A stretch of DNA of 63,633 nt, the filler included, from Dicyema japonicum (taxonomy: Eukaryota > Animalia > Dicyemida), in assembly GCA_011109175.1 (NCBI GenBank). It is 4 parts of 4 records of this genome, joined end to end, with 100 filler letters (N's around TTAATTAATTAA, not from the genome) between each part and the next. Parts side by side here need not be neighbours in the genome. Positions count along the whole stretch, not along the records: positions 24,409 to 52,753 come from RDEW01000002.1; 3 more parts are not named here. One strand, given 5' to 3'. The number at the start of each line of letters is the position of its first letter. Within the stretch, counting starts at the first letter, position 1. The position numbers were made by a program, and so were the translations under genes. Under the pieces are notes generated by a model. The model did not search any database, was not told the origin of the DNA, and was given only the letters and a program-made list of their open reading frames with translations. Positions 25,528 through 38,295 of this stretch are shown piece after piece.

Positions 25528-26160
25528 TTATAAAGCACAACGTCTTGCCATTGGAAATGACAAAACCAGTGCAGTACCAAACATTAATCTTTTAGTTAAT
25601 TTTCTCCACTTTCCACGATCCTGAGCCAAATTCCTCAAGTAATCCATATCACCAGCTATAAATGAAAGTGCGGAGTCGGCCAATTCTAAATATAAATCTG
25701 ATAAATCTGAGTAGAAGTCATCAAATAGAGCCGGATCTATGTTAATCCAACCACTGTGAGGTGCGTATACATTGATGATGGAGACAATGTCAGTGCTTGC
25801 TTTGGCATTCATAAACTTCATTTGTAGAACTCAGATGCGGTCATTAACTGCCCATACTCTGTAGATATGGGGGAGAACTTCCATTTTGATGGCAAAACCC
25901 AGTCCATAGTGCCTGTTGGCAGTTGGGAGAAAGATCAATTTGAATTTACCACATGTTTCTTCGTGGTTATCTTGGATTTTGGTTTCCTGTAGGCAACGGA
26001 TTGCGACATCAAAATTTTGTAGGTCTTGACAGAGGGAGGACCTTTTCCAAGAAGAGGTTAGGCCTCGGACGTTGAATGAGCGAGAATTTCTCCAAAAGAT
26101 AAGGTTCGTACTTTTCAGACATGTTAATACTTTATTAGAGCCACGTCACCAGCTCAACCA
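25528..26160 (-). mobile_element. Internally deleted RTE element: APE N-terminus fused in frame to the extreme C-terminus
   Basis: SFNVRGL..LQETK..YGLGFAI..NDRI..INVYAPH..FIAGD joined directly to MDYLRNLAQDRGKWRKL. Confidence 0.8.
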
Positions 26161-28019
26161 AAAAATTTGGTAATAACTTTTTAAAAATATTTAATTATTT
26201 GTCTAAAAATTTAATAACTTTTTCATAAAGTTATCAATAAATGTCTTACAGAATTACTCACAAATCCCTCATAAGTCACTACAATAGGAATAATCCTAAC
26301 TTTGCCGCTGTATATTTTAGACAACTCACAGTTTTCATAAAGTTATCAATAAATGTCCTACAGAATTACTCACAAATCCCTCATAAGTCACTACAATAGG
26401 AATAATCCTAACTTTGCCGCTGTATATGTTAGACAACTCACAGCGAGGAGGTCGTATTTGTTTGTTTTTTCACCTCAACTACCTTCAACATCTCTTGAGA
26501 AGTAAATACTAAATGTCTACTTAGATGAATCATACTTGTTTATTTAGAACCCCGTATCACAGAGTTTGACAGAAAAATGTCAGCTATACTTCTATTGCAC
26601 AAAATGTCTATTTAGCTTATGATGGATGAATGAACTTGTCTTTTAATAAATTTTATTGTGAAATTTAAATTTATTAAATTTTAAATAATAAAATAATAAG
26701 CATAGCGTTTTTGCTTCTTGTGATGGGTAAATCTGACGTATTTACTAATGAAGATGATATCTTTGAAGACTTTCCTGTTCAAGGTTACTTATTTAAAAGT
26801 ATTTTAGAATGGGATGATTGCCAGGATGACTTCATTGCTAATGCATGGAGTTCACAGTGGCATGAGAATTTGGATGAGAGTGAGTTCTACAAAAATTTAA
26901 AGTATACAACTTTATGTGAGTTTAGAAACGAAATTACAAAATTTTTGGGGAATAATAATGACAATAATTCTTAAATATTATCTTTTTGTAAAAATACTTC
27001 AAATATTTCAATTACTGTAAGTTCTTATAAACCCAAGTTTACCAACCCAATACTAACTCATCAATTGCATTAGACCGGTCATTGTTATTCCTCCACATGT
27101 TGTCCTCAGTCCATATTCCTCATATAAAAAATGCACTTCTGATAAGCGACCATGAAAATCCCTAAGCATGGTTAACCTTTCAAAACAGCCCTATCGACGA
27201 TAACCCTACTTTCCTGATCAAGTGTGGTCCATCATCTGAAAAGAACCAAATCTTATCGGATACTGTTAGGCCTACCATTTGTGCAGGGTCCCCGTCCTCA
27301 TTGGTATAAGCCTACCATTTGTCGTCTGTGATTACTAAGTCGGCTGAGAACATTCTTTTTTTTGTCTTTCAACATAGTGATCCTGAGAGCAGTAGAATAA
27401 TGCTATTTTTTCGTGGCCCATGATTAATCATCTACAATACTAATTGTATTTATATTTCTGATCTTAGTTGTATATTGTGAAATTGACCGATTTTTTAAAG
27501 TTTTTGTAGAAATTCTACATTACTTTTCTTAACAACCTTTTCTCTTTACATCTGCTGTTTCTGGACTATGGTAAAGTATAAATACACGTTTCTTTAATAA
27601 TAGTACTTTGGCTAAAATCTAATGGATTCAATTCATCTTTTGCCGACAAGGCATTGCCGTTTCCCGAGGCATTCCGTCATAAACTATGTCGTAAAACGCT
27701 ATCTTGATGCAGCTAATTTCCCGTCGTAAGTTGTACTGGAAAATAAATTACACTAAATGCTAATTCTAAGATAAGTATTTAAAAACTGTCATTTTAGCTA
27801 ACTTACTACATGGAAGTATTTCAATGCCTAATGAAGACCTTATATGCTCAGATCACCATGAATGCAATGGAAAGAATAAAAAACGACTGTTACCAAAAAA
27901 GATTCTAGACCGCCTGTGTATACATGACATACATACATCATTTTTCTTCTTGGAAAACAGCCTCAACGTACAGAGACCTACATTTTTTCTGAGGACTGCT
28001 CCTTAATTCATAATGTGTG

Positions 28020-28200
28020 ACCAACTAGCACAGATTCACGGGATCTTCTGTTCAACAGCGGAACGTATTTTCAACGTCCGGTTTGAGAAATACTCATGGA
28101 AGCAAGTTACACTACCGGTCAGACTCGGAGGGATTTGAATTCGCAACCCCGTAAAGATTTTTCCGTGAATATCTCTCGTCGCTATTGCCTGTAACATTCT
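28020..28200 (+). mobile_element. CRE-like non-LTR fragment
   Basis: WKQVTLPVRLGG motif (W.Q..LP.R.GGLG). Confidence 0.5.
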
Positions 28201-29439
28201 TCAATAGGATTCTACAAGTTGATTTCATTTTTTAATAAATATTTTTTATACAAACTTAATATATTTGTAGTTTATATATAAAAATGAAATAAAAATACTA
28301 TTTTTTGCTATTTAGTAAACTACGCTGTTTTTCTTTAACTTCGCATTTGACACTAAGTTCCTGCTTTTTCAATACAGTCTTTAATTTTTTGGATTATAAA
28401 AGTTTATTTATTTTATTAAAAATAAAAATATAATTAGTTGTTATGATAAGTTATCCATTATGGCCTGCAGGTATTGAGCACACAATGGCAGTTACTTCTC
28501 ATGATCGCGAGCCTAATTTTCTGGAAGAGCCATTTTCTGGAGAGTCATTCTAGGTTCACCCTTCCGCAGTCTTGTAAGCGTCTATTTTATTACATCCTGA
28601 TACACCGGTGATTTAGCTCTCAGTTCTCATGATGGAAATTGCAAAGTTATATGTCCTTACGAGCGCACGTCTATCCAAGACCACAGTTGCGTCTACTAGG
28701 ATATGATCCACTTCAGTATGGCAAAACAAAAATTTGGGGACTGTGCGCTTCTTGAAATAAGGGGGTCAGATGAAGCGCTAAATTATCGCAGAAAATAAGA
28801 CAGAACATAAAAAATAACCTCAACCGACTAACCAATGGAGGATTCGAACATAGGGCTATACTACAGATATGAGATCATATCCACAGTATTCTATATCCTT
28901 CACATTGATGTATACAACAATGTGACCATAAAATGTTTGTTGGATCAAATGTTGGATACGTGTTCAAAAAACAGGCTATAACGGAGAAAATCATTTTTCA
29001 TTTCACTCGGTTTTATTGACAAAGAATCTTACGGGTAAGAGAATACCAATAATACAGATTCGTTTCTAAGCGCTTTGTGGCAGACAAATGCTCTTCCAAT
29101 GACTATACATTGAAACCTCGATAGTTATAGGTTTCACCACACTACGGTTCATCGAGAAGGTCAAATATTCGAAAGGAGAAAAGAAGCAATAGATTTTCCA
29201 GAACCTTAAATTATCTGAATGGAGTGATGATGACAAGAGGGTTCGTCAATTTCAAGTACATTAATACAACCTTTGCAGGATAGAGTGAATATCTAAAGAA
29301 GTGATTTTCCTTGACAGCAGGAAGTAAATTTGTTCTTTGACTTTCCGGGAGTGAGAAATAGGATCTGGAATTTTGGGGATTGTCTAAAAGCTAGAACTCG
29401 GCACATAAACCCGTAACATGAGGATCTTTTATATTTGAG

Positions 29440-29700
29440 GATGTTTGTATGTCTTTCATCAGCTAGTGTAGTCGAGAAAAATCCGACTGGCTTACAGTCT
29501 ACCAGAATCAAAATCGATGATTTGCCAACTCCATTGACAATTGGTCGAGTGGAAGACCTTGTAATGTTCTAAAACAGACGACATCCATGGATGACGTTGT
29601 GGACAATGTATCAGGAAATTTTTCTCAGTCTTTCCAAATTTAATTAAGTCTGACTCATCATTTGGAATAATCACTGTGTTCAATGCTACACGTGTTGTGT
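29440..29700 (-). mobile_element. Penelope-like GIY-YIG endonuclease remnant
   Basis: FGKTEKNFLIH...SSVLEHYKVFH...WQIID pattern. Confidence 0.45.
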
Positions 29701-32700
29701 AATGATCTCAATATAGTAGAAGTGTTTATTATTGGTTTTAAGAATATAGTCATACTTTTCTAAATCATTCACATGCAGTCTCAAGACTGACAATCTAATT
29801 TTTAAGTTCTACTATTTTCTAAGTCCGGGACACAAAACTGATAGTTCTTCGTCTCCCCGCAAAAAAGAGACAAGGTCGATACTAATAGAATATATAAAAG
29901 ATTCATTTTCCAGCATAAATGACTCACCATAATTGGTAATTCACTGAGACGTCAACTAATCCTTCACGAGACCACTTTTAAATTAACTGATACAACTTAT
30001 CATTCGTTCAGTGGATATGAAAATTTTGAATGTGTTGTTCATCTTTTTACGGACAAGTGTTTTTTTATATATTTGATTCGGAAAGAATCAATAAATTCAA
30101 TATTTAGAACTTTTCGGTGTGCAAATTTAATTTCGAGTTTATCGGTTCGACAAAGAGCTTACTTACCTAATCGATTAAGGGATTGGTATAATGCAAAATA
30201 GCGATAATGATAATTAGCTTGATTGTGTAATGTCTCTTAAGTGACGATTCAATTATACAGTTACAAATTTGCTTATTAGGTGGTACATCCGATTGGTATG
30301 CAAGTTGTTAGAAGGCTTTTGAGAATAAGTTAAGTTCATGAATGAATTTCTTGTTTTTTTACAAAGATACAGAGAACCAAGAAAATCTATCCTCTCTGTT
30401 TTCTCAAAAAAGAAATTAACTCTAAATCTATTTAGATTATCATTAAAGAAATTATGCAGTGGAATGGTTAATTTTTCCTAATTAGCAGCGATAAATAGCA
30501 TAATTTGTTTGCCTCGATTGTTTCTCTATATACAGCCTTATTTCCTATCCTATAATAAATTAAAATAATTCCAAAGACAAGAGTAACCAATGTTCTAACT
30601 CCTTGATCCCGACTCGTTTCAGATTTCTAGAACTTTTGTTAGGTAACGACATTGTCCCCAAGGAAAATTTTTTCTTTGACTTATAATTTCACAATGTTAC
30701 TATTAATTATGAAGAAATATAAAATTAAATTTTGTATTTAATTGATTTTTTAGTTTTTTTTAATTCCATAAGGAGAATTTTTTCTTTGACTTATAATTTC
30801 ACAATGTTACTATTAATTATGAAGAAATATAAAATTAAATTTTGTATTTAATTGATTTTTTGAGTTTTTTTTAATTCCATAATTTGGAAATTATGTTCAG
30901 ACTTTCAGAAATTGGAATTTTCCATAATAGACCATTTTGCTCCTCAATACAATAGACTACATCATTCATATCCTTTTTTATTTGTTTGACCATCTTTTTC
31001 AGCTAACACAGACTTGAACTCTTCGAATATTTCTATTTGAACTGATTAAAGATAAGGATCCATCTACCTATAGGGGTCTTTCAAAATCTTTGTTTTGCAG
31101 CATGAACTATCTCAGACACANAAATTGGAATTTTCCATAATAGACCATTTTGCTCCTCAATACAATAGACTACATCATTCATATCCTTTTTCATTTGTTT
31201 GACCATCTTTTTCAGCTAACACAGACTTGAACTCTTCGAATATTTCTATTTGAACTGATTAAAGATAAGGATCCATCTACCTATAGGGTCTTTCAAAATC
31301 TTTGTTTTGCAGCATGAACTATCTCAGATACACTTCAAGCTTCAAAAACACAAGTAACATCTTCGATGATGACAGATAATCAATAATGTAATCTTCACCA
31401 GAGGATTTGGACAGTGAGAGGTAGGAAGATCTCTTCCAACTACTGCTCGTGCCAGAAAGACTCGTCGCCTCATGAGTAAGATTTGTTAGACTCGAATTGC
31501 CCTTTGCTGAAAATTCCATCTTTCGGATTTGAACCTTCTACTTTCAGATCCAATATCATCAGACATTACGTTCAGTCAGAAAACCAACAGATTATATTCG
31601 TATATAGAAAACTAGACTCAATTCAGATAACCTACTGCTTTGGTGTTCTGCTGATTTTTCAGCCTGTATTTGTTGTGCATGTATCCTCAATGGCATTAAA
31701 CGATCATTATGTTGCTCCATAGTTTCATTTATTCTGACATTTCTCATTACAATTCTCTTTTTTAACATTTTTCTTTAATAAAAAAAATAATTATTTAATT
31801 TTATAATATTAATTATAAAAAATTAGGAAAGTGTTAGAGATAAACTTGGGGTTATATTTAGGGATTGAGTTATGAAAGAATGTACTCCTATATTATTTTG
31901 CTAGAGGCAAATAAAAAAAAGTTATCCCGTCATCGCTTCTCTAACATCATTTTCTTTGTTAGAATTCAATACGTTTTCTCAGAATACGATTTTTTGAATG
32001 ACACATCAGCATTTTCGAATTTTTAATTTATTATTAATCCATATATGGATTATGAAAATCATGTCATTGATTTTCCAATACTTTTCTATTATAATGCTTT
32101 AATTCACCGCAAATCCCATTCCATAGTTTTTTTAGTCCGATCCCAGAAACAAAAATCAGTATTCCCCATAGTCTCCATCAAGTTCTTTAGTTTCATGAAG
32201 GCATGCAACACACACTCCGTAGTGCTGTAGGTTTTGCCAAACTGAATTTTCCGTATCTTAGAATTGATTCCTCTTACATTGAAAGTCATTGAACTTGAAT
32301 TTTCTGTGTGGCATGCAACACACACTCCGTAGTGCTGTAGGTTTTGCCAAACTGAATTTTCCGTATCTTAGAATTGATTCCTCTTACATTGAAAGTCATT
32401 GAACTTAAATTCTTTGTGTAATCAATATAAAATTATCATAAGGCATAATTCTTTCTATTTTTGCTAATTCCTGTAGAGTAATATTCTATTTGTTATTTTT
32501 ATTGCTGGTGATATGTGGTTACTTGGAAGATATATGTTTGTTCCTTCTCTTCCATTTCATTCTCTTTTAATAGTGAGGTCATGTGATGCATCTGTCTTAA
32601 GTATCAGCAAAGGCCAGGGTGCACGCAAAAGTATCATTTGCTCTCCTTCAATGCATTTAACACTCATTTTCGCATACAAAATAAATGTGGTCGGCACATT

Positions 32701-32707
32701 TACACTC

Positions 32708-32806
32708 AATCCCATAAATGATGACCCAATTCCCATAAATGATGACCCAATTCCGATAAATGTTGACCCAATTCCCATTAATGATGACCCAATTCCCGTA
32801 AATGAT
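32708..32806 (+). repeat. 21-bp minisatellite, about 4.7 units (CCAATTCCCATAAATGATGAC)
   Basis: Directly visible; translates as (PIPINDD)n. Confidence 0.9.
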
Positions 32807-32939
32807 GTGTATATTAAATATTTCTTCATTAGTGAATATGCAATTATTAAATTGTATAAAATAAATCTATGATCAATAAATTCATTTTTATTAATGCAAC
32901 AAAAGTAAAACCATAATTATTATGATTTGATTTTTGCCT

Positions 32940-33190
32940 CGTGGCGCTATGTGGTTTTATGTGTCTAATTGATAAAAATTATATTCCTTCCCTTTGACGG
33001 TGTCATAGAATCCACCTTACTGAGGAGACGCCCAATGCCTGACCGGCATCAAGAGGATCCAACTTTTCTTCCCCGTGAAATAATGTCGTTACCTGGAGAC
33101 AAGTTCTGGAACGCTGGAACGACTCAGGATCAAGGAGTTAGTTTTTTGGTTACCCTTAGTGATTGGTTTAATTTCAATTTACAATAAATG
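32940..33190 (+). mobile_element. SINE-like subfamily A, most complete copy
   Basis: Head GTGGCGCTATGTGG; core 32999-33060; 3' body ACCTGGAGACAAGTTCTGGAACGCTGGAACGA shared with 11450-11530 and 30570-30665. Confidence 0.8.
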
Positions 33191-34317
33191 CTCTTAACTT
33201 CTTTTTTCTTTTTGTTGGATGTGAGTCCTCATGTGAGTCCTTTTGTAGACGATCCGATTCCGTAGTGAGATGTTCACCGATGACAGCGTCTTGACAGCGC
33301 ATTAATTTGTTTTAAAATATTTAATGTCATATACTTGGATTATTTTTTAAAATGTGTAACTCTGTGATAATTTTAATTGAAGATGACATTTCTTTTCAGG
33401 GTAACCTCAATCAAGTCGAGGTCGAAAATGTGACAATTATGATTTCCTTGTGGGCGAACTCTCTTGACAGCGCATTAATTTGTTTTAAAATATTTAATGT
33501 CATATACTTGAATTATTTTTTAAAATGTGTATCTCTGTGATAATTTTAATTGAAGATGACATTTCTTTTCAGGGTAACCTCAATCAAGTCGAGGTCGAAA
33601 ATGTGACAATTATGATTTCCTTGTGGGCGAACTCTCTTTTCTCTACGATTTTCAAGTAAAACAAGTTTTTACTTATTGTGTGATAAATAATTATTTTTTG
33701 TCTTTTATTTTATTTTTTCTTTAACATACGCTATCTCGTCTCACCTGATTAATTACTATCTTTTTCTGTGTTTCCTGGCATTAAATAAAAATATTTGCTA
33801 TAAATGCTAGATGTTGTCATACGTCCAGTTTAAGACTTTTTAATAGTACTCCAGTTATAATTAACGTGCCATCATGAAGTCGACTGTTCTATGTTTGCAT
33901 ATTTTCAGTAGTAAACAGCAGTTAGACAACATAATTAATTATGATCGTTCCAGCGATTATAAATGTCGTCTCGAAATAACGAAATTGTCTCCAAAGGAAA
34001 GAATAATAAGATCCGCAGTGAATGCGGCAAAGCATTTGGCGTCTCTTTGGTAAGGTGGATCCGATGAAGTTATCAGAAGGAAAGAAAATAAATTTTTAAC
34101 CAATTAGCGAATAGCATCACATGGCACCACGTGGCTTCATTGTAAATGACGCTATAGAGAGTGCATTATAGAAAAGAACATTTTTGATTACTGAATTAAT
34201 GAAAATTTGATTATTATAATTATAAAATTAATATAAATATCATTTTTTTAATTATTAAAAATAAATTATAACAAGTGACCTAAATTATACACATCGACGT
34301 GTTCATTTTGCATATTT

Positions 34318-35470
34318 ATGTTATTGTTATTGTTTTTTCACTCAATCACGAATTTCGACTTTAAACATCTAATGTCAGTAAATTTTAAAAGTTTATTGAA
34401 AAGTACAGTTACAAATGTATTTATAAATAATAATCGTAGACAAACGATAATTTAATTGAAAGATTTTCTTATGTTTTTTCTGATCAAATGCCAGCTACAA
34501 TTAAAAAGAATAACTTGACCTACCAATTTTTTATTGAATTCTCGGACGAATTTTACAACATCTCAATAAAAATAAAATTAAAATTCAGTATTTAATAGTT
34601 AACACATAAAGATAATGAAACTTATACAAATACAACATATATTCCGAATATTAAACAAGGAGATTATTACAGATGCCGATTTATACCCGTAAATTTTGAG
34701 AATGTTATTACTCTCACAATATATTCTTTGGTGATAGAATTTTACACTAATCAATCATATCAATATTTTATTGGAAAAGGTTTAATATAATTTAATTCAG
34801 CACATGATTGTGATCTATCTAACAATCCAAAAGTTCGAAAATGGTATTTTATTGAGAAAAATGGAATGAAAGCAATATTAAGTGGGCATTTTAAATTCAC
34901 ATTTTTTAATAATCGTAATGTTAAATTAGTATATTGTATATTTTAACATTAGATTGATGATTTAAAAGTTCTTTTCGACTATTTGGAAACGAAGATTAAT
35001 TTTTATAACAATAGTGTTGAGTTAACTCTTAAGGGGGATTTTTATGAAATACTTTTTACATTTATTTTGTCTCAGAAAAAATATTATATGTCAAAAATTG
35101 AGTTAATCATATATAATATCTATAATGTGACTTGGAATCCTATCAAGACCAAATGGATTGATGTTGAAAATTCATGTTACTTCGAATTGTCTCTCACTAA
35201 ATTTTCTGATGACATATATGCTGAGTTTTCACCATTTAAGGTACAAATTCTTCCGGATGATTCTATTTTCCATCATACTGGAAAAGGTTTGAATTTTCAT
35301 GAATATTAGAGTTGAACTGTTTTGTAAATCCTGGAAAAAATGCAAACTCTGTTTATATAATTATAGGAGTTATACTACCTGTTCTAACAATTACAATCAT
35401 CGGATTTATCATATTTGTTATTAAGCGCCGAAATGTTATAAGACCAATGACATATATTCCTGTTCTTTAA
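34318..35470 (+). CDS. LAMP-like type I membrane glycoprotein (two LAMP-like repeats, TM helix, YxxΦ tail); 5' exon structure uncertain
   Basis: Continuous frame from about 34441 across introns 34588-34611, 34780-34800, 34929-34952 and 35287-35309 (21-24 nt). Motifs GDYYRC...FIGKAHDC and FKVQIL...GKELNC; TM YIIIGVILPVLTITIIGFIIFVI; tail KRRNVIRPMTYIPVL*. Candidate signal peptide MLLLLFF at 34318 does not join cleanly. Confidence 0.65.
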
Positions 35471-36279
35471 CTGCTGTTAATTTTATCGTTGTTTTTTTTT
35501 ATTTTTAATACTCTCAACCACGTTCATAATAATTTCGTAAATTATCCTCTTGCAAATATTTCTTTTTTTGTTTTCTATCTTTATTAGTCAAGGTCTTTTG
35601 TATTTTCAACTTTTTTTCCGATATTTTGATTATGGGAATCGCCCAGACAGGATCACAGTTTTTCCATTCTCTTTGGAAAAATCTGAGTCGCAATGTGACA
35701 TCTACATACACCTTTTTGCAGTCAAAATTATAATTATCTCCTTCCCCAGCTAATGTAATCCTTCTTGTTATGTTTGATTACATTATTATCTACGAAGTCC
35801 AGGGGGACTCTGAAGACTAGCATTATTGAATCAGAAGTTTTAAATGAATGACACGTGACATGTTATGTACCCCGGGCCCAAAAGCATTTTAGTAATGACC
35901 TCAGCTTCAAAAGCTGAAGCGTCGTCCGCATTTTTGAATCCTAGCAACAAGTGGGATTCTCCGCGTTTGATAACTCTTTATTTGGCATAGATTGCTAGAG
36001 CTCATATGCTGCACCTAAAAATTAGTTCTCTGGATAATTCAGATTTTTTCTGAGTTGAATGGTGTAATTTTTAGTTAAAATCGTTAATATTTTAAAAACA
36101 TAAAGTAGAAAAAATAGTCAATATGAATAGAGTGTAATTTTAATGATATTTTATTATTTTTAATTAACAAAAAACTTTATTAATATTTAAAAATAAAAAA
36201 AATTATTTTATTTCTGCACATGGTTTTAAGCTCAAGTTGAACATTGATGAGTTTCGTCAGATAATTTAATATCTAGAAA

Positions 36280-36890
36280 ATGTATATCTTGATGCGTCGC
36301 TTTCAAGAAAGAGTATATTTTTGGAATACCAGGAGCACCGTGGATTCAAGGCCAGTTTGAGAGGCATCATTTATAAAATAATTTATAGGTTAAATCAATC
36401 TCTTAAAAATGGTTATCATACGTTTCTTCTATTGAAGGAATTCTGGGAATACATCAATGCAGTCTGGGAGATATTGCATTCAGCTACAATATTAAAAAAG
36501 AGAGACCACAAAACATCTCCTTTAAAGATTTTTAATGGAGTGGATTATCCGCCAAAAATATCTGATGAACACTTAAATAGATTACTACAGTATGAGGAAG
36601 ATGAAGACCTATCTTTGTTACGGGATTTTGCTTAAAGGCATACTTGGGTAGCTGCAGAAAAATGCGAAATAAAAGAAGATTGAAAAATGAAGAATCATTG
36701 AATGTAGGAGACAGAGTCATTCTACGAATGGACTGTGATTGCAATCAATCAAAAAAAGGTCCATTATATGAGCACTTGGACACTACAGTTTATCTAGTAG
36801 TGGATATATAAGGATCTATGGTCCACGTCGATGGTGGTAATTCTAAAAAAATGATAGTCCGCCATAGCCGAGTTAAAAGATTTTTTTAAT
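36280..36890 (+). mobile_element. Degraded gypsy/Ginger-type integrase
   Basis: PWIQGQFER (P..QG.VER-like), LHSAT...TSPL and LNVGDRVIL motifs with stops. Confidence 0.5.
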
Positions 36891-37409
36891 TGACTTTCCA
36901 TTTAAAAATTATTTTTTAATCTTTTTGGCTTAATGGAGATTAACATCTACTTCCTTCAGAGTATCTGGTGGCACATGTTGTGGACTCTACTTCACAATCT
37001 AAAGGACCCACTATCCAATCCAAGAAGATTATCCTTCCTTGACTGCCTCTTATTGGTTATTAACTAAAAAATATATCCGAAAAATTCAATAATGTAATTA
37101 TTAATTCATTGGTTTATTTTCTGACATATAAATTATATGAATGAATGTATTAATTTTCTAACCACAATCATTAACATACAACGTGTTTGGTTTACTGTCA
37201 TGTCAAAGAACACTACATCAATATATAACAAATCGAAGATTTTTTCACATTTTGTTGTATTCAATTCAAGACCCACCTCGTACAACGCGGGGATGAGTAC
37301 ATCTAGCTCCTGGATATCCGAAATACCTCCTAAGACAGCGTCATCGAGGTACCAGATGTTGAGTGGACATTGAGAGAGTTTCGTAATTTCAATCCTAAAA
37401 GGTCAAAAT

Positions 37410-37860
37410 CAGAATAAAATCTGTTGGAGTTTGTGGGAGTTACGTTGCAAGATGGAATAATGGTGGACTTAATAGCTTGATAAATTTGCGACCTCTTTGA
37501 ATGGGACACGAACCAGATAAAATTGTGGAAGATGTCGGGTCAAATGTTACAAATCGAAGACCAGGTCTTACAGTGGATAATCAAGTAGGAGACAAAGTTG
37601 CAGTTGAGTCTCTTATAAACTGCAATGACTGTAAATTTTGCAAAGAAGGAAAATCAAACATTTGCGAAAATCTCAGTTATTTTAAGAGATGTCGATAAAG
37701 ATGGAGCCTTTTCAGAGTATCACACGCAGAAAGCTTTTTGTGGTTTCAAGATTCCAATTTAATGTCTTTTGAGGAAGGAGCACTTGTTCAGCCTCTTTCC
37801 ATTGCCGTGGAGATCTGCAAACTTTCTTGAATATCAATTGGACAAACTGTTCTTACTAAT
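37410..37860 (+). pseudogene. SORD: Sorbitol dehydrogenase-like (Zn MDR) pseudogene
   Basis: VGVCGS, MGHE, PG|DKVAVE, CNDCKFCKEGKSNICEN and SFEEGALVQPLSIAV, with stops and frameshifts; 24-nt GT-AG intron at 37565-37588. Confidence 0.75.
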
Positions 37861-37879
37861 TGAGATGTTTAAAAATCCT

Positions 37880-38295
37880 GGATGTTAATATTCAAATGCT
37901 TCATACACGCAAAGTGGATTCAAAACATTGAAAATATAAATTATGAAAACACTGTTATTGAAAATTACGAATATTCTACACAAATGAACATAAGTGATCT
38001 TTTAGAAGAGAGAATTTATATCGAAGTTGACTACAATGAAAATGAAGAACTTGATTTGAATGATTCGGAGAAAATAGAACAAGAAATTGATAGTGAAGAA
38101 CCCCTCAAAGAAAGTAAAAATGGTGTAGCTATGAGCGAGGCTTTTCTAGCCTTAAATAAATTAAAAGAATTCTATAATCAAGAAGAATTCTTTAAAAATG
38201 AAAATCTTGAGTCTATTGAAAAGCTTGGATCTTCAATGATCCGAACTCTAGAAAGAAACAAATCAAAACTTACTGATTTTTTAGCTTATAAATAA
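37880..38295 (+). mobile_element. pogo/Tigger (CENP-B-like) transposase C-terminal fragment
   Basis: Acidic stretch, EAFLALNKLKEF and terminal KSKLTDFL. Confidence 0.65.

Noticed and set aside
32708-32806. Short regular repeats as a CRISPR array
   Set aside because: Head-to-tail 21-bp units with no spacers, in a eukaryotic context.
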